From the IMG/VR virus record IMGVR_UViG_3300035208_002606: a stretch of 64,000 bases of DNA. One strand, written 5' to 3'. A program made the translations under genes and the position numbers. Source of the stretch: a virus. Taxonomy: Duplodnaviria > Heunggongvirae > Uroviricota > Caudoviricetes. The notes under the pieces were generated by a model, which was given only the letters and a program-made list of their open reading frames with translations, had not been told where the DNA came from and made no database searches. Positions 62,711 through 64,000 of the stretch are shown here, in pieces. Positions within the stretch are counted from its first letter, which is position 1. Every line of letters starts with the position of its first letter.

Positions 62711-62922
62711 TACCGAAAAACTGTAGCCTCACGAACAAGGAGAAACTCTATGTCATTCTCCATGCCGAGTGCAACTTTTATTTTGACAGCGACATGAACA
62801 CCGAAGCCTGTATAAAATGCCCCTTCAACGGGGCATTTTATTCAAAGATAGAAAGGCTAGCAAATCAGGGAGTAACCTTTGATGCCGAGACTCAATTCTA
62901 CCTGAAGGGGAGAAAGAAGTGA
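62707..62922 (+). CDS. MIPxSCPL zinc-ribbon paralog 3
   Basis: MIPKNCSLTNKE. Confidence 0.5.
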   Translation: MIPKNCSLTNKEKLYVILHAECNFYFDSDMNTEACIKCPFNGAFYSKIERLANQGVTFDAETQFYLKGRKK

Positions 62923-63167
62923 TACCCCAATCCTGCCCCCTGAGCGACAAAGATAAACTCAAAGTGGTGCTAAATTTAAAATGTTATTTTGCCCTTTCCA
63001 CCGATAAGCCTCTTAATGAATACGAAACTTGGTCTTGCAGGGGTTGTTCCTTTACTCGTACTTTTCAAGAATGGATGTTGGATAGATATAACGAAGGTAA
63101 GGTTTTTGACCACCAAACCACCAACTACATCAAAGAGTATCTTATTTTTAAAGGGAGAAAGAAGTGA
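62919..63167 (+). CDS. MIPxSCPL zinc-ribbon paralog 4
   Basis: MIPQSCPLSDKD. Confidence 0.5.
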   Translation: MIPQSCPLSDKDKLKVVLNLKCYFALSTDKPLNEYETWSCRGCSFTRTFQEWMLDRYNEGKVFDHQTTNYIKEYLIFKGRKK

Positions 63168-63415
63168 TACCCAAATCCTGCCCCCTGAACGACAAGTATA
63201 AGTTAAGGGCCAAACTTCATCAGGAGTGTATATTCGCAGGAACTCGTCTGCTAGACGGAGTAAATCTCTGTCAAGACTGCTACTATTACAAAAAGATGCA
63301 AGAAAGGTGTTATGAAGTAAATCCCGACAACATAAGAAAGACCCTAGAGGAACTGCGGAAAGACCGGGGGCTTCCCAACATTCCTATATATCCGCACCAC
63401 ACAAACAATAAATAA
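63164..63415 (+). CDS. MIPxSCPL zinc-ribbon paralog 5
   Basis: MIPKSCPLNDKY. Confidence 0.5.
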   Translation: MIPKSCPLNDKYKLRAKLHQECIFAGTRLLDGVNLCQDCYYYKKMQERCYEVNPDNIRKTLEELRKDRGLPNIPIYPHHTNNK

Positions 63416-63423
63416 GAGTAGGA

Positions 63424-64000
63424 TGAAATTTAAACTTGTAGAAGGCGTGTCCAATTTTAATAACTCCCTGCGGCAGGATGTCGTAGAGTTCTTCGAAGAG
63501 AAGTGGAAGGAGTGCAAACGAAAAAGAAAAGCGGGAACATGGGTATTCGACAAAACATACAAAGACGACAAAACAGGAAAAAATGTAGAGGTTGTCGTTA
63601 TTCTCCAAGCCAAAAGAGACCGATACACAAAGAACTCCCATGTTAAGTCGATGGTAAATGCCAATCAATACGGCAGTCTTGTCATGGCGTATATCTTTCT
63701 GAACCTGACGCAATTAGAAGACTTCAAGGCCAAATACGAAAGATACTATTCCATGCTGTCGTACCTTGAACACGAACTCACTCACATCAGCCAAAAAATA
63801 AACAAGTCGCTTCAGAACAGAAAAACCTCCTTTAAGTCATACATAAACACTCATGCCGATTGGCCCGTGGAAAAGGAAGCCGAATTGGTCTCGCTCTTCA
63901 GCCTGATAAAAAGATACACTCCCGTTTTTGCGTCACGATTTTTCTTCAGCCATGTTCCCTATTGGAACAACATAGGATTCGGGTATAAGACCTTCCTGAA
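63424..64000 (+). CDS. hypothetical protein (MKFKLVE start), 3' end outside window
   Basis: Open frame to window end; absent from ORF track because no stop. Confidence 0.45.

Overview
This window reads as part of a large tailed-phage genome (AT-rich, strong Shine-Dalgarno sites, terminase large subunit, many free-standing homing endonucleases), densely coding on the plus strand with one minus-strand block at 32.7-39.9 kb. The two ends of the window are ordinary early/accessory phage genes.

The most striking region is 17.3-29.4 kb, a roughly 12 kb RNA-gene region. I resolved about 37 tRNA genes covering all 20 amino acids; they fall into two structural classes. Interleaved with them are at least 10 copies of a tRNA-like structured RNA family (I call it family E) whose terminal helices co-vary. 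The same region carries HNH and PD-(D/E)XK endonuclease genes, a Thg1-like 5'-end tRNA repair enzyme and a B12-binding radical SAM protein. Just upstream (8.6-16 kb) sit an RNA ligase, two CCA-adding-enzyme paralogs and a polynucleotide-kinase-like P-loop protein, which together with Thg1 form an end-to-end tRNA repair toolkit.

Other content: a UDP-L-FucNAc-type nucleotide-sugar cassette (CapE/CapF/CapG-like) split by a GIY-YIG endonuclease; three paralogous HNH and three GIY-YIG genes, several preceded by a conserved structured leader; NAD salvage (PncA plus PncB); an ATP-dependent DNA ligase; a second RNA-ligase-like nucleotidyltransferase; an HExxH-VWA protein; an AT-hook protein; an SPFH protein; an aromatic-rich lipoprotein; a tandem array of five zinc-ribbon paralogs; many tiny zinc-ribbon ORFs. 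Numerous extended -10 (TGnTATAAT) promoters and a TTGACA-17-TATAAT promoter repeated at least four times are present.

All calls are from reading the sequence by eye and from motif recall. No database search or RNA-folding program was run, so tRNA coordinates and isotypes are approximate.
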